The notes: generated from the sequence alone by a model not told the origin. Shown: positions 26,109-39,711, counted from the stretch's first letter. The stretch: 64,000 nt of DNA from Carcharhinus longimanus (GCA_030264375.1 JASCQW010000043.1:60412789-60476788); one strand, 5' to 3'. Made by a program: numbers and translations.

Positions 26109-28769
26109 CTGCAAATTAATTGAATTTTTATGAGAAAACTATGAAAGCATTTTGAAAAATCTGGAAGTTTAATAAGTAGTTTGATGACAAATTACTCCCA
26201 TTCATCAGTCCAGCCTAAATCAGTTTATCCTTTAGGGATGTTTTGTTGTCAGTAGAATCTTTCTTGATTCTTGGGATGTTTTACTGCCCATTCCTATTTG
26301 CCCTGGGAGAACTCATCTAAAATCACATGAGTAGCTGTTTCCCAAAGGGCATTAGTGGACTAGTTAGCTTTTTAAAACAACCAGGCAACTTTGATAGCCA
26401 TTTTACCTAGTGGTAGATTTATTTCTAATTTGAGAGGATTTATGTCTATGACCTCTGAACTGTTAATTCAGTCAAATAAATGCTAAACACTCATACATTT
26501 GACTTTGTCACTGTGTGATCAGACTTACTTGACTGAGTGTGCATGCAATTTGTGCAAGCATGATTCGATGGGTCATTTTATGTTAACTTATTAAATAATT
26601 TTAATGACCTGATCAACATTTCAGTAAAATATGCATTTTTCAGTCATTTTGGTTTAAAAGTCCACATCAAACAACTTGAATGACACTATTTATGAAAGGG
26701 CCTTCAGTACTATTCAACAGTGAAGTTTAGTTCAAAGAAATTTCATATAAATATTTTTCTGTTTAATATCATTTGATGCATATGATCCTTATGGAATATA
26801 ATGTTCCATGGGACTTTTTTTCCCAATGGTGACAATATGTAACATCCATGGGTGTACTTGCAATGATCGGATACAAACCATAGTTTCAAAAACATTCACA
26901 CCAAAACCAGATCATGAGTTGTCCACAAAATGCAAATAAATGTGATGCCCTGTTGCTACCAGTGGTTATTTTAGATTAGCAACAGAAGCAAGTAGATTTG
27001 CTGGTGTACAATTCCTTCCCACTGTGCCATAAACTGCTGAGTCAGTACATCAGGCCAGGTATCTTATAGCCATACTGAAGTTGAAGAAATTTTGCAAGAC
27101 CTCTAAGAATTTTGCTATCACTAATTTGTTTGGATCTTACCCACCCAATGCTAAATGGTTGCAAATACAAACTTTAAAACAATCTTCATGTGCATGAACA
27201 GATACATTGAATTTAGAAGGACAGAATCTGCCTAAGTAATTGCTAACTCTTTTCAAAATATTAATTCCCATTTCAATTGTGGGAAGGCCTATTATATTGT
27301 AAAATTAATGACTCAAGTGTAAATGAAATGAGTCACTGCTGTAAAAGTTAATCTACATTATAAATGTGGTACTTTTTACCTCAGTAAAGTAAGTCAGCAC
27401 TTCAGAACTGTGGGGCTGTAACATAAATATTTTTCTGTTCCAAAGAACATGATGCTTTACTGATGTTTGGAATTCCTAGAATTAGCTTGATTTATTTCAA
27501 TATTAAATCCCCTTAATCATTTTGACTTAGATCTCATGCTAAATGCATAAAATAAAACAAAAGCGTGCAAAAAATAAGTGTTACAAATACAATTTATTAT
27601 AATAACAAGGGTACTTTGAGAAATGCTAAACTCCAAGTAATAAATATACTACAATATTTATGTAATATAAATACTTACTGCCATGCTTACATGGTCTAGC
27701 CTACATGTGACTCCAGACCCTCAGCAATGTGATTGACTCTTAACTGCCCTCAGTTCAACAAATGCTCATGAAAAAAAGGAAAATTAAAAAGGAAAACAGA
27801 AAATCAGCAATTCCCCAACTCCTCTGCATTCCTTGTTTCCAATCGTTGGTATTTGGCATTATTTTTCCGGCATCCTTACATATATATCCTTCAAAAAGTT
27901 CCTACTGTATATAACTGAAGCTTGAAACTTATTCATTCATTCCTTATCCCTACTTCAGTAATGTTGGTGGATGGTCTATTTACAAAACTTTATCAAATGC
28001 TTTTGGAACTCCAGATGCACCAAGTCCACTTGAGATGCCATTTCATCACAAAAGTCAAGAATCCATCTTGATTGTTGTTTTACCATCTTAACAATTGTAC
28101 CAGTAATCTTCAGGTTTACCTCTCATAGTTGATTCTGTCACAGCAAGTGCAACTTAGTAGCCTTCGTTGGTTTTATTGTCCGAAAGTGACTACTAAGTTT
28201 GCCAGATTTTAACTTACTGGTGCTTCCCTGTGTTCAACACATTCATGATGGCTCATAACCTTTGCCCTATGTTTTGTAAAGCTCTGGGTTTAGNNNNNNN
28301 NNNNNNNNNNNNNNNNNNNNNNNNNNNNNNNNNNNNNNNNNNNNNNNNNNNNNNNNNNNNNNNNNNNNNNNNNNNNNNNNNNNNNNNNNNNNNTACCATC
28401 TACCTCTGCTTAGTTTATTTGAACCCTTAAGCTTGTCTGACATATAATTTCATTTATATCACCTTTCTTTCCAGTTGGGTTATCGCTACGTAAAGAGATT
28501 ACGTTGCTTATGCCTTCCCTTGTATCAAGCCCGCAATTAATCATTGTTTGATTATACAGTCAGATTGATAGAAAATTACAACCCAGAAAAAAGATCATTC
28601 ATAGGTAGTGTTTTTTTTCCGTTTTTAAAAAAGGAAGCCTTTTTTTGGAAACTATCGTGACCACGGAATCTGTCAAAGCAATTTACAGCCATTTAAGTAT
28701 TTTAAATTTTATTCATTGTTGTAATTGTGGTCAAAGACTTGGAATCCTGGGGTCACCTCCTGACCCCGC

Positions 28770-29303
28770 AAAACCTATCCACCTTCTGCTAGGCACAAAT
28801 CACGAGTATGATGGAATAGTCTCCTCTTGCCTGGATGAGTGCAGCTTCAACAACACACAAGAAGCTTGCTACCATCCATGACAAAGCAGCCCACTTGATT
28901 GCTCCCCTTCCACAAACATTCAATCCCTCCACCACCAATGAACAGTGGCAGCAATGTGTACCACCTACAAGATGCATTGGAGGAACTCATCAAGGTTCCT
29001 TAAGCAGTACCTCCCAAACCCATGACCACTACCATCTAGGAGGACAAGATACCTGAAAATATCACCATCTGGAAGTTTCCCTCCAAACCACTCACCATCC
29101 TGACTTGGAAATATATCGTTGTTTCTTCATTGTTGCTAAAATCCCAGAACGCTCTCCCTAACAGCACTGTGGGTGTGCCTACATTCAGTGACTGCAGTGG
29201 TTTAAGAAGGCAACTCATCACCACCTTTTAAGGGCAACTAGGGATGGGCAATAAATGCTGGTCTCGACAATGACACTCACATCTAATAAATGAATTTTAA
29301 AAA
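28770..29303 (+). mobile_element. CR1-like LINE 3' fragment (second family)
   Basis: 'LSTFC*AQITSMMEXSPLAWMSAASTTHKKLATIHDKAAHLI'. Tail 'gggcaactagggatgggcaataaatgctgg...cacatc' is shared with the SINE at 37220. Confidence 0.75.
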
Positions 29304-29324
29304 TATAGGAAATACAGAGGCTAA

Positions 29325-29640
29325 CTTGCACATAAACAGCAATATAACAAGCAAATGTTCTGCTTTTTAAAAATATTGATTGAAGGATAAATATTCACCA
29401 GGACACAAGGGATAACTCCACTATGCCTCTTCAAAATAGTGCAATGGATTTGTTTGCATCCACCTGAGAAAGGAGACAGGCTGTCTGTTTAATTCTAAAC
29501 CGAAAGACAGTATCTCTGCCAATGCTGCACTCTCTAAATACTCCACTGGATTGTCAGTCTTGATTTTTGTTCTTAAGACCTGGGACTTGAACCCACAACC
29601 TTCTCGCTCAGATGAATGTGCTACTAACGGAGCCACATAT
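29325..29640 (-). mobile_element. Deu-SINE-like (SacSINE1/AmnSINE1-type) copy
   Basis: Reverse-strand tRNA-like head 'gtggctccgttagtagcac..ggttgtgggttcaagtccca' and Deu-domain-like 'ctcaggtggatgcaaacaaatccattgcactattttgaagag'. Confidence 0.65.
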
Positions 29641-29727
29641 GACACACAAAAGAGCAAATTAGTCTAATTCATTTGTAATATGAATATTGGTTGGCAGCTG
29701 TGTAATATTAAATTGTGTTTTACATAC

Positions 29728-29884
29728 CTGTGAATGTGCTGTGCAAGCATATCTTCTGTAATATCCATAGTCACAAGAGGTATCCTCCAGACAAAAACTG
29801 GCCTTATGTCCTTCAGCAACTTTTCTATGAGTGCTGGCGTCCAGGAGGTCATAATGGCTAAATTCATCCATGCTGTGGTAGTGC
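29728..29884 (-). CDS. LOX: LOX exon 4 (157 nt), Cu-binding His residues and LTQ lysine
   Basis: cag|G CAC TAC CAC AGC ATG...CAG|gtatgt; [52 protein letters not shown]. Confidence 0.97.
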
Positions 29885-30540
29885 CTGTGATTTAAAACAA
29901 AACAGAATTGTTATTACTGTGCTTAGGTACAAACAACATGTTGTTACAGGAAGCTCACTGGTACTGTGGCTGTGGATATTAACTGGTTAAACTACCAACT
30001 GTACTTCTGCATCCATTTGGGATTTTAAACCTTAGCTTTGTCAACCTTGCCTAAATTCTCCAGGTTTTAGTTAATGGGATGTGCCACTGTAAAGACAGAT
30101 TTCATACTCTGTATCTAGCAAATATGAAACTCTACCTGGGTAGGTTTTTCAGTAGGTTAGTTTGGAGACTCTGAAACTTGATGGTGAATTTCTTGGTGGT
30201 GCATGTTAGCCAACTAACTGACCAAAAACATTTACAGTGTTGGCTTTGTAATTATTGTATATTCAACTCCAATGATTATACAAAGGAAGTAGATAAAATG
30301 AGGATTAATATAAAACAGAACAGGAATAATGAATAAGTAGATTTGAAATGGTGATCTGGCAAGTGAGGCAACATGGGTATGTCAAATAAGTTGTGAAAGG
30401 AAATGTCATTGTTTGCTTTGGCTAAATAGCTTGCCAACTCAACAATTTGCTAATTGGTTAGAAACATTCATAGTCTAAGTCATTTAGCAATTTAGTTATA
30501 AAGTTGAATACTTGCATTTTATATCAGATCTTTTAATAAA

Positions 30541-30680
30541 AGACTTGCATTTGTATAGCACCTTTCACAACCTCAGGACGTCCCAAGGTGGTTTAAGTCA
30601 ACATAGTACTGTACTTTTAAAGTGTAGATGCTGTTGTAAAGTAGAAGATGTGGCAACCAATTGTGCACAGCAAGTTCCAT
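30541..30680 (-). mobile_element. Deu-SINE-like 3' tail fragment
   Basis: 'acttgcatttgtatagcacctttcacaacctcaggacgtcccaag...ggcaaccaattgtgcacagcaagttcc' matches the tail of the 39712 copy. Confidence 0.6.
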
Positions 30681-30989
30681 TAATATGTTAAACACAGAAA
30701 TAGGGTGTTGATTTAATTTTGGGTGATTTTATGTAGAATAAATTGCTTATATTCTGTTACAATCTTCTCCATAACTATTAATGGTATCTTAAGAGTTCTT
30801 TTGACAAATATAACTGTATAATGCAAACCTTTAACTCCCAACTGCCTAGCCTTTGCTTTTCAGTCTGTATTAATGTCATGGCAGCTGTTAATATGTTTAC
30901 CAGTCATTCACCTCCACCTTTTGATACCCTCCTTCATAGCAAAGTGATGACCATCACACATCCTAGTCATTCCACTTGATGCAGCTTCC

Positions 30990-31340
30990 ATTTGAGTCAG
31001 AAGGTTCTGCAGGACATCAGCACAAGATGTTAGGCTGATGCTTCACTGCAGTATTGAGGGAATGGCTGCACTGTCAGAAGTGTCGTGTTTTGAACGAGAA
31101 GTTAAATACGGTCCCATCTGCCCTCTCAAGTTGACCTAAATTATGATATTATTTTGAAGAGCAGGGGAGTTAACCATCATGTCCTGGATAAGATATATCC
31201 TTCAATGGACATCAGAAAAAGAAACAAATGATCTGGTGATTATCACACATCCATTTGTGGGAGTTTGATGTTGGCAATTTGGTAGCACATTTTCTACATC
31301 ACAACAGATTTGCTTTCATTGTGCCAAGCTCTATGGGATA
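30990..31340 (+). mobile_element. Deu-SINE-like copy
   Basis: 'gcagtattgagggaatggctgcactgtcagaagtgtcgtgttttgaacgagaagttaaa...ttttgaagagcaggggagtt' matches the other copies in opposite orientation. Confidence 0.6.
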
Positions 31341-31596
31341 TCATTCTTCCCTCATCAAAATCATTTACTCAAAAACACGTACTACTTAAGGATCATTAAA
31401 AACTATGCTTAAACCTCTATCTACCCAAGCGCTGAATTTCATCTCCTACCTCAAGCCTTCTCCATTTTAACCAATCCATGAGACCAACTTGCTCTCTTGA
31501 CCCAATTCCTACTAAACTGCTAACCAACCAATTTAAGAAGACTTGAAAACTGCCATAATCAACTCTTAAAAAAATCCACCCTTGACCCCCCCCATG

Positions 31597-31697
31597 TCCA
31601 CCAAAGGGTCATCTAGACTCAATGTTAGCTCCATTTTCTCTCCATAAATGCTGTAAAACCTGCTGAGATTTTCCAGCATTTTCTGTTTTTGTTTTAG
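31597..31697 (+). mobile_element. Penelope-like pLTR fragment (family B)
   Basis: 'aagggtcatctagactc(g)aatgttagctcc...cctgctgagattttccagcattttctgtttttg' is shared with the 39183 and 54250 copies. Confidence 0.6.
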
Positions 31698-34600
31698 AAA
31701 AACCTGTTCTTCTGGATTTCCTGATGGCATAATAGCATCTCCAGGCTCAGAACTCACCCCCAGATTAACATCCAGATTCTTATTCCTTGCTCTCAAGCAA
31801 CACCATTATATATAATCTTCTTCAAGATTGCATTAGGGGCTTTTTTAAGAATGACATGATGATGAGGAATGTGTATGGTAATTAGGTTTATTTATGAGAT
31901 CATAAGATAACAGTTACAACATCAAGTTATTCTCTTGTGTGACATTACTGTCTAATGCAGCATGGAAATTAAATGTTATTTAGTAGTGGTGTAACTCCTT
32001 ACGTAAGATAAGCTAAATTGTTTCCTATTATATCAAAATAAATATGTTATCAATACAGCAATTAGCTATTATTCTATCACTAGAAACAATTCAAAATGCT
32101 GCTGTAGAATTGCAATTTCCTGCCCTCTCCTGCACAGGCAGTCAATCCAAATTGCACTGCATATGAACATGGTATAAAGTACACCTGGAGCACCATTCCG
32201 AGGCAACAGTAGAAGTGCTAAATGGCTTACTGCTGTGTTCTTGTTCACGGGTGTAGATGCCTTCAGTCAACTGCTGGGGGCCCCAAGATACTAAGATCAT
32301 TGTTGGGAGAGGGTAAGGTCAAAATAGAGTTATTGCTACTTGCCCTGTGAACGTTAATGTTGCCCCTCCGAACCAGTTTCTTCAGGTATTCTTCCACTTA
32401 CGTACCCAATAGCCTTGTCAATCAACACTCATTTGAGAATAAATTGGTTGCAAGGCAGTCAGAGTCGGGGGGGTTCAGGAGGTGAGCCCCTGCCATCTGA
32501 AAAATTCAAACCATATTGCCTTGACATGGTATGATTCAAGTTCAGTTTCCATACCAATCATTTCTTAATCTTAAATTACTTTTTGTGAGCTATAAACTGG
32601 ATAATTTGCTGAACAAATTATTTTGCATTTGGATGGAGAATCACCCAGATCACTTTTAGCAATTACTTAGTGTAGCAGAGGTTTCAAAACATGCCTCTAT
32701 CTTGGCCACACCTGGTATAAGACTAGAAAGACAGAATTTGAACAAAGGTTGGAGGAGTTTACCCTGATTATTTTTTAAATAGATGGATTGGCTTTAACCT
32801 ATGCCAAAACAAACTGCTGACATATTAAAACCTTAGTACATTAGCACCCTCTTTGTCACCATTGCCAAATCAACCGATTCATCTTTATGCACAGCTGATT
32901 TATTTTTCCATTACAGGTGCCAGCAGTACTGAATCCAAGAGCTGTAATTTTAATTGTTGAAATTTTATTCCAGAACAATTAGTCTCCCAGTGTTCTCACA
33001 CATGGAATATTTTATTCTGATTATATATTTAGCAACTATATGGGAAAACTACTTTTTCCACCTGTGAAGGGCTTTTGTCAATCAGCATATTAGAAAAGCT
33101 AAGCCACGAGTGCACAAACAAGACCAAAGCTAATGAGAGATAGTATAGATATTAATAGTCCATTTTCCACTGTTTCCTATATTGTATTTAGTTTGTCCCC
33201 TCGTCCAACCATTAAAATCCCCTCATTTTACCCTACTATGTTAATATTACTAATAATGGAAACTGCATAATAAGAATGAACTTGCAGACATCTTCTTCAA
33301 CAATTTTTTCAAATACCTCAGAAAATAATTATCATTTAACTCAATATTCATCTAACCATTAAATTGGTAACCACTTTATGATCCCGGTCACTAATATTCT
33401 TTCTCATCAATAATGTTCTTTCTCATCGAAATTGAGCTAACTTCCCATTTCTAAAAAATATCAACCGACTAATCTCAGTGCATGTTATTAAAATGTACAT
33501 TTCTGTTAAATGAAATGTTATGATACTAGGAAAATTAAACTCAATCATGGCACATTGATAATATTGATCCAATAATGCTTCTGAAGCAAAAATGCTCCAG
33601 TGTCAAAATCCAGTAATTCAACGCAGAGTTCACAACGCTTGTGTGAAATGGCTGAGGAATAAATTCAAGAAAAATACTTTTCCCATGAGACTCTTCTGTC
33701 ACTGCTAAATGACCGTGAGAAATAGAAACATGAAGCAAGTCACACCTTGTGTATTTGTGCAAGAAATGGGCCTGAATTTTCAGAATGACAACGAACCTCT
33801 CACATGTTGCAAAAAATGGTGAAAGAGGCTAAAATCTGCAAGTCCACCCATCATTTTCACAGGGGCAGGAATGGGGCTGGGTTGGGATTTGCACATGTGC
33901 ATTAAACATCAGCTGCCTCGAGTCTTGTCTGGTTTTCATTAGCTAGGAATGGGAAACACAATATGTGCAGACTATACTTGATAAGAACAGATTGAAACTG
34001 TGTGAGTCTTTTGGAGAGATGAGCTACCCTTTTGGAGAGATATAATATCGCTTTGAATATGGTCACAGGGCACTTTTCAGAGAGATAAGATGATCTTTGA
34101 GATTGTTAAAAGTGGATATGAATGTGCATAAATTCATTGGAACTGTCAAGAGAAACTGTCAAAAGCAACTATCAAGGCATTTAAAATTCCTAACCAATAA
34201 ATCTTTGTAAAATCACAGTGAAGTGTATAAAAAATTGCTTGCTATTTCACTCTCTCTATTGACATTAGCCTGCTGATTATCATTATTGATTCCACAATGT
34301 TGCATTATCACAATGGAGTGCCTTCTATTTCAGTTTGACCAACTGCTCCAAGTGGTTATAGACTCTTTGAAATATGAATTTCAATAGCTATTTTTATAAG
34401 GGATCAAGGACATGAATTAAATATTTTTCACAAGGGATTTGAATGAAATGTTTCTTTTTTATAACGATGTAGTTGGCTAAATGCAAATGTAGTGAATGGA
34501 TTTTTATTAATGAGTGTTCAAAAAGGAAGTCTATAATAAACACTTTTGCCCACCACGGAATCCGAGCGGATGAGGGGCAGACAACAGAAATGTCCGTTGG

Positions 34601-36299
34601 CCTTGGGCGGGAATTTCCAGTCTCACTCGAGTGAGGCTGTAAAGTCTCACCCTATGAATTTTATTTAACCTCTGCATAGATCCTGAGGGCTGGCCATGGT
34701 AGATACTGAGTGAGGTGGCATGGAGATCTGAAGGAAAAGGCTGGTGGATAGGTGGCATGAGTTGGCACTTAGTTGGTATAGGGGCTATAAGGGGCCATGA
34801 GGGCGCATAAAGAACATACGTTAGCATGGAGGGTGTGAGGAGTTATGAGCAGGGGAGGAAGACATAGTTTGGCATAGTGTCTATAAATGGCAATGAGGGT
34901 GACTGGAGGCATAGTTTGATATGGAAGGTGTGAGAGGTTATGGCGGTAGATGGAAAGGCAGAGATTAGATTGGAGGGTACAAAGTGTGATGGGCATGGTT
35001 AGAGAGCATGAAGTGGCATGGTGGGTATGAAGGACTATGAGGGTGGATGGCAACAAGTTGACTTAGATGGGGCATAGAGAGTATGTGAGGGCTGTTTTTT
35101 GTTTTAATGCTTTTGAAAAAGTATTGGATAATTGCCAGTGCACCAAGACAGACCTTCTGCCCACCTGCTTCCACATCACGGTCACCAGAAATCGCTACAC
35201 TCCAGAACAAAAATCCTAGTTTCCAGAGTACTTCCTCCTGGGTTAGGTTTTCAGAGTACTGACTTTGCTCCCAGCCTGGGGTGAATATTCAAGCCATAGG
35301 CCGTAATGTTACCGGAATGGGCAATGAGCGAACCAGGGAAAGGTCCATTGATCTCAGACATGCTTTTATGGTTTCAGTATGAGCGAGGCTGTAAAATTCC
35401 ACCCATAGTGTTAGACAAAGACAGGGGAAGAATAAAGAAATTTGATAAGAAAAGGCAGGCACCTCCAGTTGAAAAGACTGGATAACAGACAAAGGTATAC
35501 ATAAAGTGAAAATGTCAGGAAGGGCAAGAAAATGTGACACAGGTGGAAATGAGGGATACAATACATCTGGAAGTGAGGAGTATAGTAAAACAAAAGTGAG
35601 AGCTGTCATTGGCACATGCATTTTATACACAAAATTATATCCTGGAAGTTCTTAAACACACCGGTAAACGAATAAAACAATAGAAACATTAGCCTGTTTC
35701 CACTCTGTTCCAAACAGTGCTCCAAGCAATCCATTACACACTGATAATATTGTGAACTCTACCTCAAAAAGCTGAGTTGCATATAATATAAATTCTTAAT
35801 ATCTAGTTCTATCAGTAACCACAATGGAAGTCCAGAAGAAAATCTGGGTAAATTGTCTTCATGTTGTTAAACAGTCTTATTATTTGCATATGTTTATTTT
35901 GCAGGGAGAAGTTTCCTCTTCCCTTCCTCAGTATTCAAATCACAGCCCTGTGCACTTGAGGTCAGTCCATCCCCACTTTGCAATGTTGTTTCAAGTTAAT
36001 AAACAAAATAAAAGATAATCCATGTATGACAGAATCTGCTGCATAAACAGCTATTCAATGAAGTAATACATATAATCCTATTATTTAAGAAATATGGGAG
36101 AGCAAAAACAGAATGCTGTTTTAGCCTAATATCAGTACACAAGAAATATAAGCAGGAGTGGGCCACCAGACCCTTAAAGCCTGCCCACATTCAATACGAT
36201 CATAGATGATCTATGCTTATCACAATTCCTTTTCCATGCCATTTCTCCATAGCCCTCTATCTACCACTACTTTGAATGTTTTTAATGAAGCAAAACGTT

Positions 36300-37030
36300 G
36301 GAATTTGTTATTTGGGATGCTTGCATTCAAAAAGACCTAGATGTCCTTGTAAATAAATAATAGAAACTTAATATACAGGTACAGCAAGCCATTAGGAAGG
36401 GAAATTATATGTTAGCTTTTGTCACAAAGGCAGAAGGGCATAACTACAACTACACAGAGCATCAGTGAGGCCACATCAGAGTACTGTGTACAATTTGGTA
36501 CACAGTACTCTAGATGTGGCCTCACTGATGCCATAAAATTTGGAAAGACATACTTGGCCTAGAGGGAGTGCACCAAGGGTTCTCTAGACATACCTGGGGT
36601 GAGGACATTGTCCTGAGAGATTGGGCCTATATTTCCCAGAATATAGAAGAATGTAAGGTGATCAAATAGAAACATAGAACATTTTTCAATGGCTTGACAG
36701 GGCCAGTGCTGAGAAAATGTTTTCCTTCTTGGGGAATTTGGAATATGTAGTCACAATACTAGAATTAGGAGCTGGCCATTTAGGACCAAAATGAGAAATT
36801 TCTTCTCATAGGTTTGTGAATCTTTGAATTCTCTACCCCAGAGAGCTATAGATGCTAAGTCATTGAATATATTCAAGCCGGAGGTCAGTAGATTTTTGGG
36901 CATGTTGGGAATTAAATGACTTGGATATAGTGCAGGATGGTGGAGAAAAGTTAGGAAGTCAGCCATGTTCTGTTGAATGGTGGAGCAGGGTCAAAGGGTA
37001 GAAACAGCTTATACCTGTATCTTTTTCTCT
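36300..37030 (+). mobile_element. CR1 LINE 3' fragment containing a snap-back hairpin at 36459-36531
   Basis: 'caggtacagcaagccattaggaagg', 'gaggccacatc.gagtactgtgtaca', 'gaattctctaccccagagagct', 'gaatggtggagcagg'. Confidence 0.8.
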
Positions 37031-37219
37031 TGTTCTTTGATCTTTAAAGGATTGAAAAATTGTTATTTTACATTTTTTTTAATACAACTTTCTTCAGATT
37101 ACATTTGTGATAAGAACTTTTGTTTAAAATATCATGGGTATTTAGGAATGGTGTTTGGATTTACTGTAAATCTGAACATAGTACCTGAATCTGTCTTTAT
37201 TCCTTTATTTCAAGGTTAA

Positions 37220-37550
37220 AGGGAGGCAGTGGTGTAGTAATCCAGAGGTCCATGGTAATGCCCTGGGGACCTGGATTCAAATCTCACCACGATAGATGGT
37301 GAAATTTGAATTGAATAAAAATCTGAAATTAGATATCTGATGATCACCATGAAACCATTTTTGGCTGTCATAAAAACCCATCTGGTTCACTGGTGTTCTT
37401 TAGGGAAGGAAACCTGCCATTCTTACCCGGTCTGGCCTACATGTGACTCCAGAGCCACAGCAACATAGTTGACTCATGAATTTGCTCAGCGATGGACAAT
37501 AAATGTTGGCCCAACCAGCGGCACTCACATCCCATAAATGAATTAAACAA
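37220..37550 (+). mobile_element. tRNA-headed SINE with CR1-like tail
   Basis: Head 'gggaggcagtggtgtagt..ggattcaaatctcacc', tail 'gatggacaataaatgttggcc..cactcacatcccataaatgaatt'. Other copies at 7365, about 27680 and 48155. Confidence 0.75.
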
Positions 37551-39182
37551 ATTCCAATGATCGTACCTCAAAATGGCCTAAACCTTAAAAAGACTAACCC
37601 TAAGTCTGAATTTTCTGACTTTCTCCTACTCTTAAATAATGCACAAGTTTTTTCATAATTCATCTCATGTTCTATTAATTTTCCTAAGCCCCTTTTTGGA
37701 CAGGAGCATTTTCAGAAGGCTGAACTGGGCCAAATTATCCATAAGTGTTTATTATCCATAGTATTTATTTATCATCTTATTGTGTTGGAATGTCTACATT
37801 TTTCCCAAGATTGTTTGAGGAGAGTATGAACCTACTTTTTATATTCATTTTGGTAAGTCTCTCACTGAGGTTCTCAATTTTATTTCTTGACATCATTGAA
37901 TCCTTACATTAATTTTATATATTTAGCTTTATATANNNNNNNNNNNNNNNNNNNNNNNNNNNNNNNNNNNNNNNNNNNNNNNNNNNNNNNNNNNNNNNNN
38001 NNNNNNNNNNNNNNNNNNNNNNNNNNNNNNNNNNNGTGGGTAATATCAAGGCTTCAGTCTGACAAAATTGTTTGCTAATGCCCTCAAGTCACTTTTTTTT
38101 TCCGCTTGAGTCCAACACCCAACAACATAACAAGGTAGGCACTTTATTAACCATTTTCAGCAATAATGCTCGCTTTCTTATTAATTCATTTGTACCCATT
38201 ACTGTAAAATTAAATATTTAATCCTCTGACTGCTTTTCATTTTGGAAATTATTGGTGCTTAATGGCAATACAGTAAAACTGGGCTGCTTTCATAGGAAAT
38301 TGCAGCATTCAATTGTACTTTGCGGCTCCGCTCATGAATAGTGAATCCTTTAATGCTAAGATACTTCATTTTTACAGTAGCCTGCTCGTGTTAATTTGCC
38401 TGCGATTACTGCTTTTGAGTGTAATATATTATGTGCGGATATTCTTGTTTAAATTGAATAGAGGGGCATATGTATTCTGTGCAACTCCTCCAATACCCCT
38501 CCTCCCCATCACAATCCCCCCCCCCCCAACAACAAAGTGGGTGAAGGATTGGTGATCACTGGGGTTTGGAACCATGAGCTGTAGCCTGAATAAACACTGT
38601 CCAAGATGACAGCCTTGGCTCATTCACAATCCCATCTGCAGCAGTAGGGGAATCCATTATTTTTATAATCCCAAGGGAGAGAGAGGTCTCCAGCATCATT
38701 ACTTCTAGGGAAATGTAACTGACTTCACAGCACACCCTAATTTGCTCACCGTAATTATAGGTCATGCACTCCTTTGTAATTTATAAAACCTTTGTTCTTA
38801 TCAATAATGAATGGCCATTGCCAAATCATACAACTATAATATTTTTATATTATGAAAATGTTAAGAATTCATCACTCATGTTAGCAGTATAGGCACGTAT
38901 AATAATGAAACATATTGTTTATTTTTATTATAATGTGCTAATGAATAAACTCATTCCCTGACACAGATGCATATTTTCACAACTACTGACTGGACTGAAG
39001 AAAAAGTGATAGGGTCACGAAAATAAAACCCCAAAGAAATGGATGTTGTTTTTCAGTGATAAAGACAGGTACTAAGGGTTATAATATAAGTTGAGTCTTT
39101 ACTTCGGAAGAAGGAAACTAAATATATAATTGCCAATCAGTGTTCATGTGTATACCCAATTAGGAGGAACTGACTTATTTCT

Positions 39183-39372
39183 AAAACAGAAAATCTCAGC
39201 AGATCTGACAGCATCTGTGAAGAGAGAATAGAGCCAATATTTTGAGTCTGGATGGCCCTCAATGCTTCGATTAAGGCTCTATTCTCTTTCCACAGATAAT
39301 TTTAGACCTGCTGAGATTTTCCAGCAGTTTCTGTTTTTGTTTCAGGTTCCAGCATCCTCAATATTTTGACTT
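39183..39372. mobile_element. Penelope-like fold-back insertion (family B) in LOX intron 3
   Basis: Left arm 'aaaatctcagcagatctgacagcatctgtgaagagagaatagagcc' is the reverse complement of right arm 'ggctctattctctttccacagat...gacctgctgagatttt'; 3' extension 'ttccagcatcctcaatattttg'. Confidence 0.7.
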
Positions 39373-39711
39373 ATATCTCACATTGATAGAATTCTACATG
39401 TCATTGGGCATTAATGTTATCTGACCACACTGCACATAGTATGATGTTGTCATGCTACACTATAATAACAAGAACTGCCATTAGAGCAATCCTTATTCTG
39501 TTGACCTTGTGTGCTGTAAATGTTCTGGGTTTTTTATGTCCATATTACTCAAGCTCTATTGAATTTGCATGTTATAGTCCTGATAATGATACTATTGCTT
39601 TACAAGCATTGTAGAACTCGTAGAAGTTCTGCACTGTTGTAGTTTGGAACAGATTAATATTGACAGTGTAGCTGTCTTAAATGGGGGGGGGGGGGGGGGT
39701 GAAATCCAAAA

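Noticed and set aside
25812-26114. A single 100-aa ORF as one exon
   Set aside because: It is LOX exon 5 + intron 5 + exon 6, with canonical splice sites inside it.
33393-33430. Short tandem duplications of ~10-20 bp (also near 37735, 44280 and 63311)
   Set aside because: Ordinary slippage-type micro-duplications with no sign of function.
34730-35090. Purine-rich region with recurring 'ggcat(g/a)g' motifs, as an array or CRISPR-like structure
   Set aside because: Irregular low-complexity interior of a probable DNA-transposon remnant; no constant repeat-spacer period, and the DNA is eukaryotic.
39683-39699. Poly-G/C runs (also about 235-246 and 52876-52899) as G-quadruplex elements
   Set aside because: Simple homopolymers of unreliable length with no supporting context.
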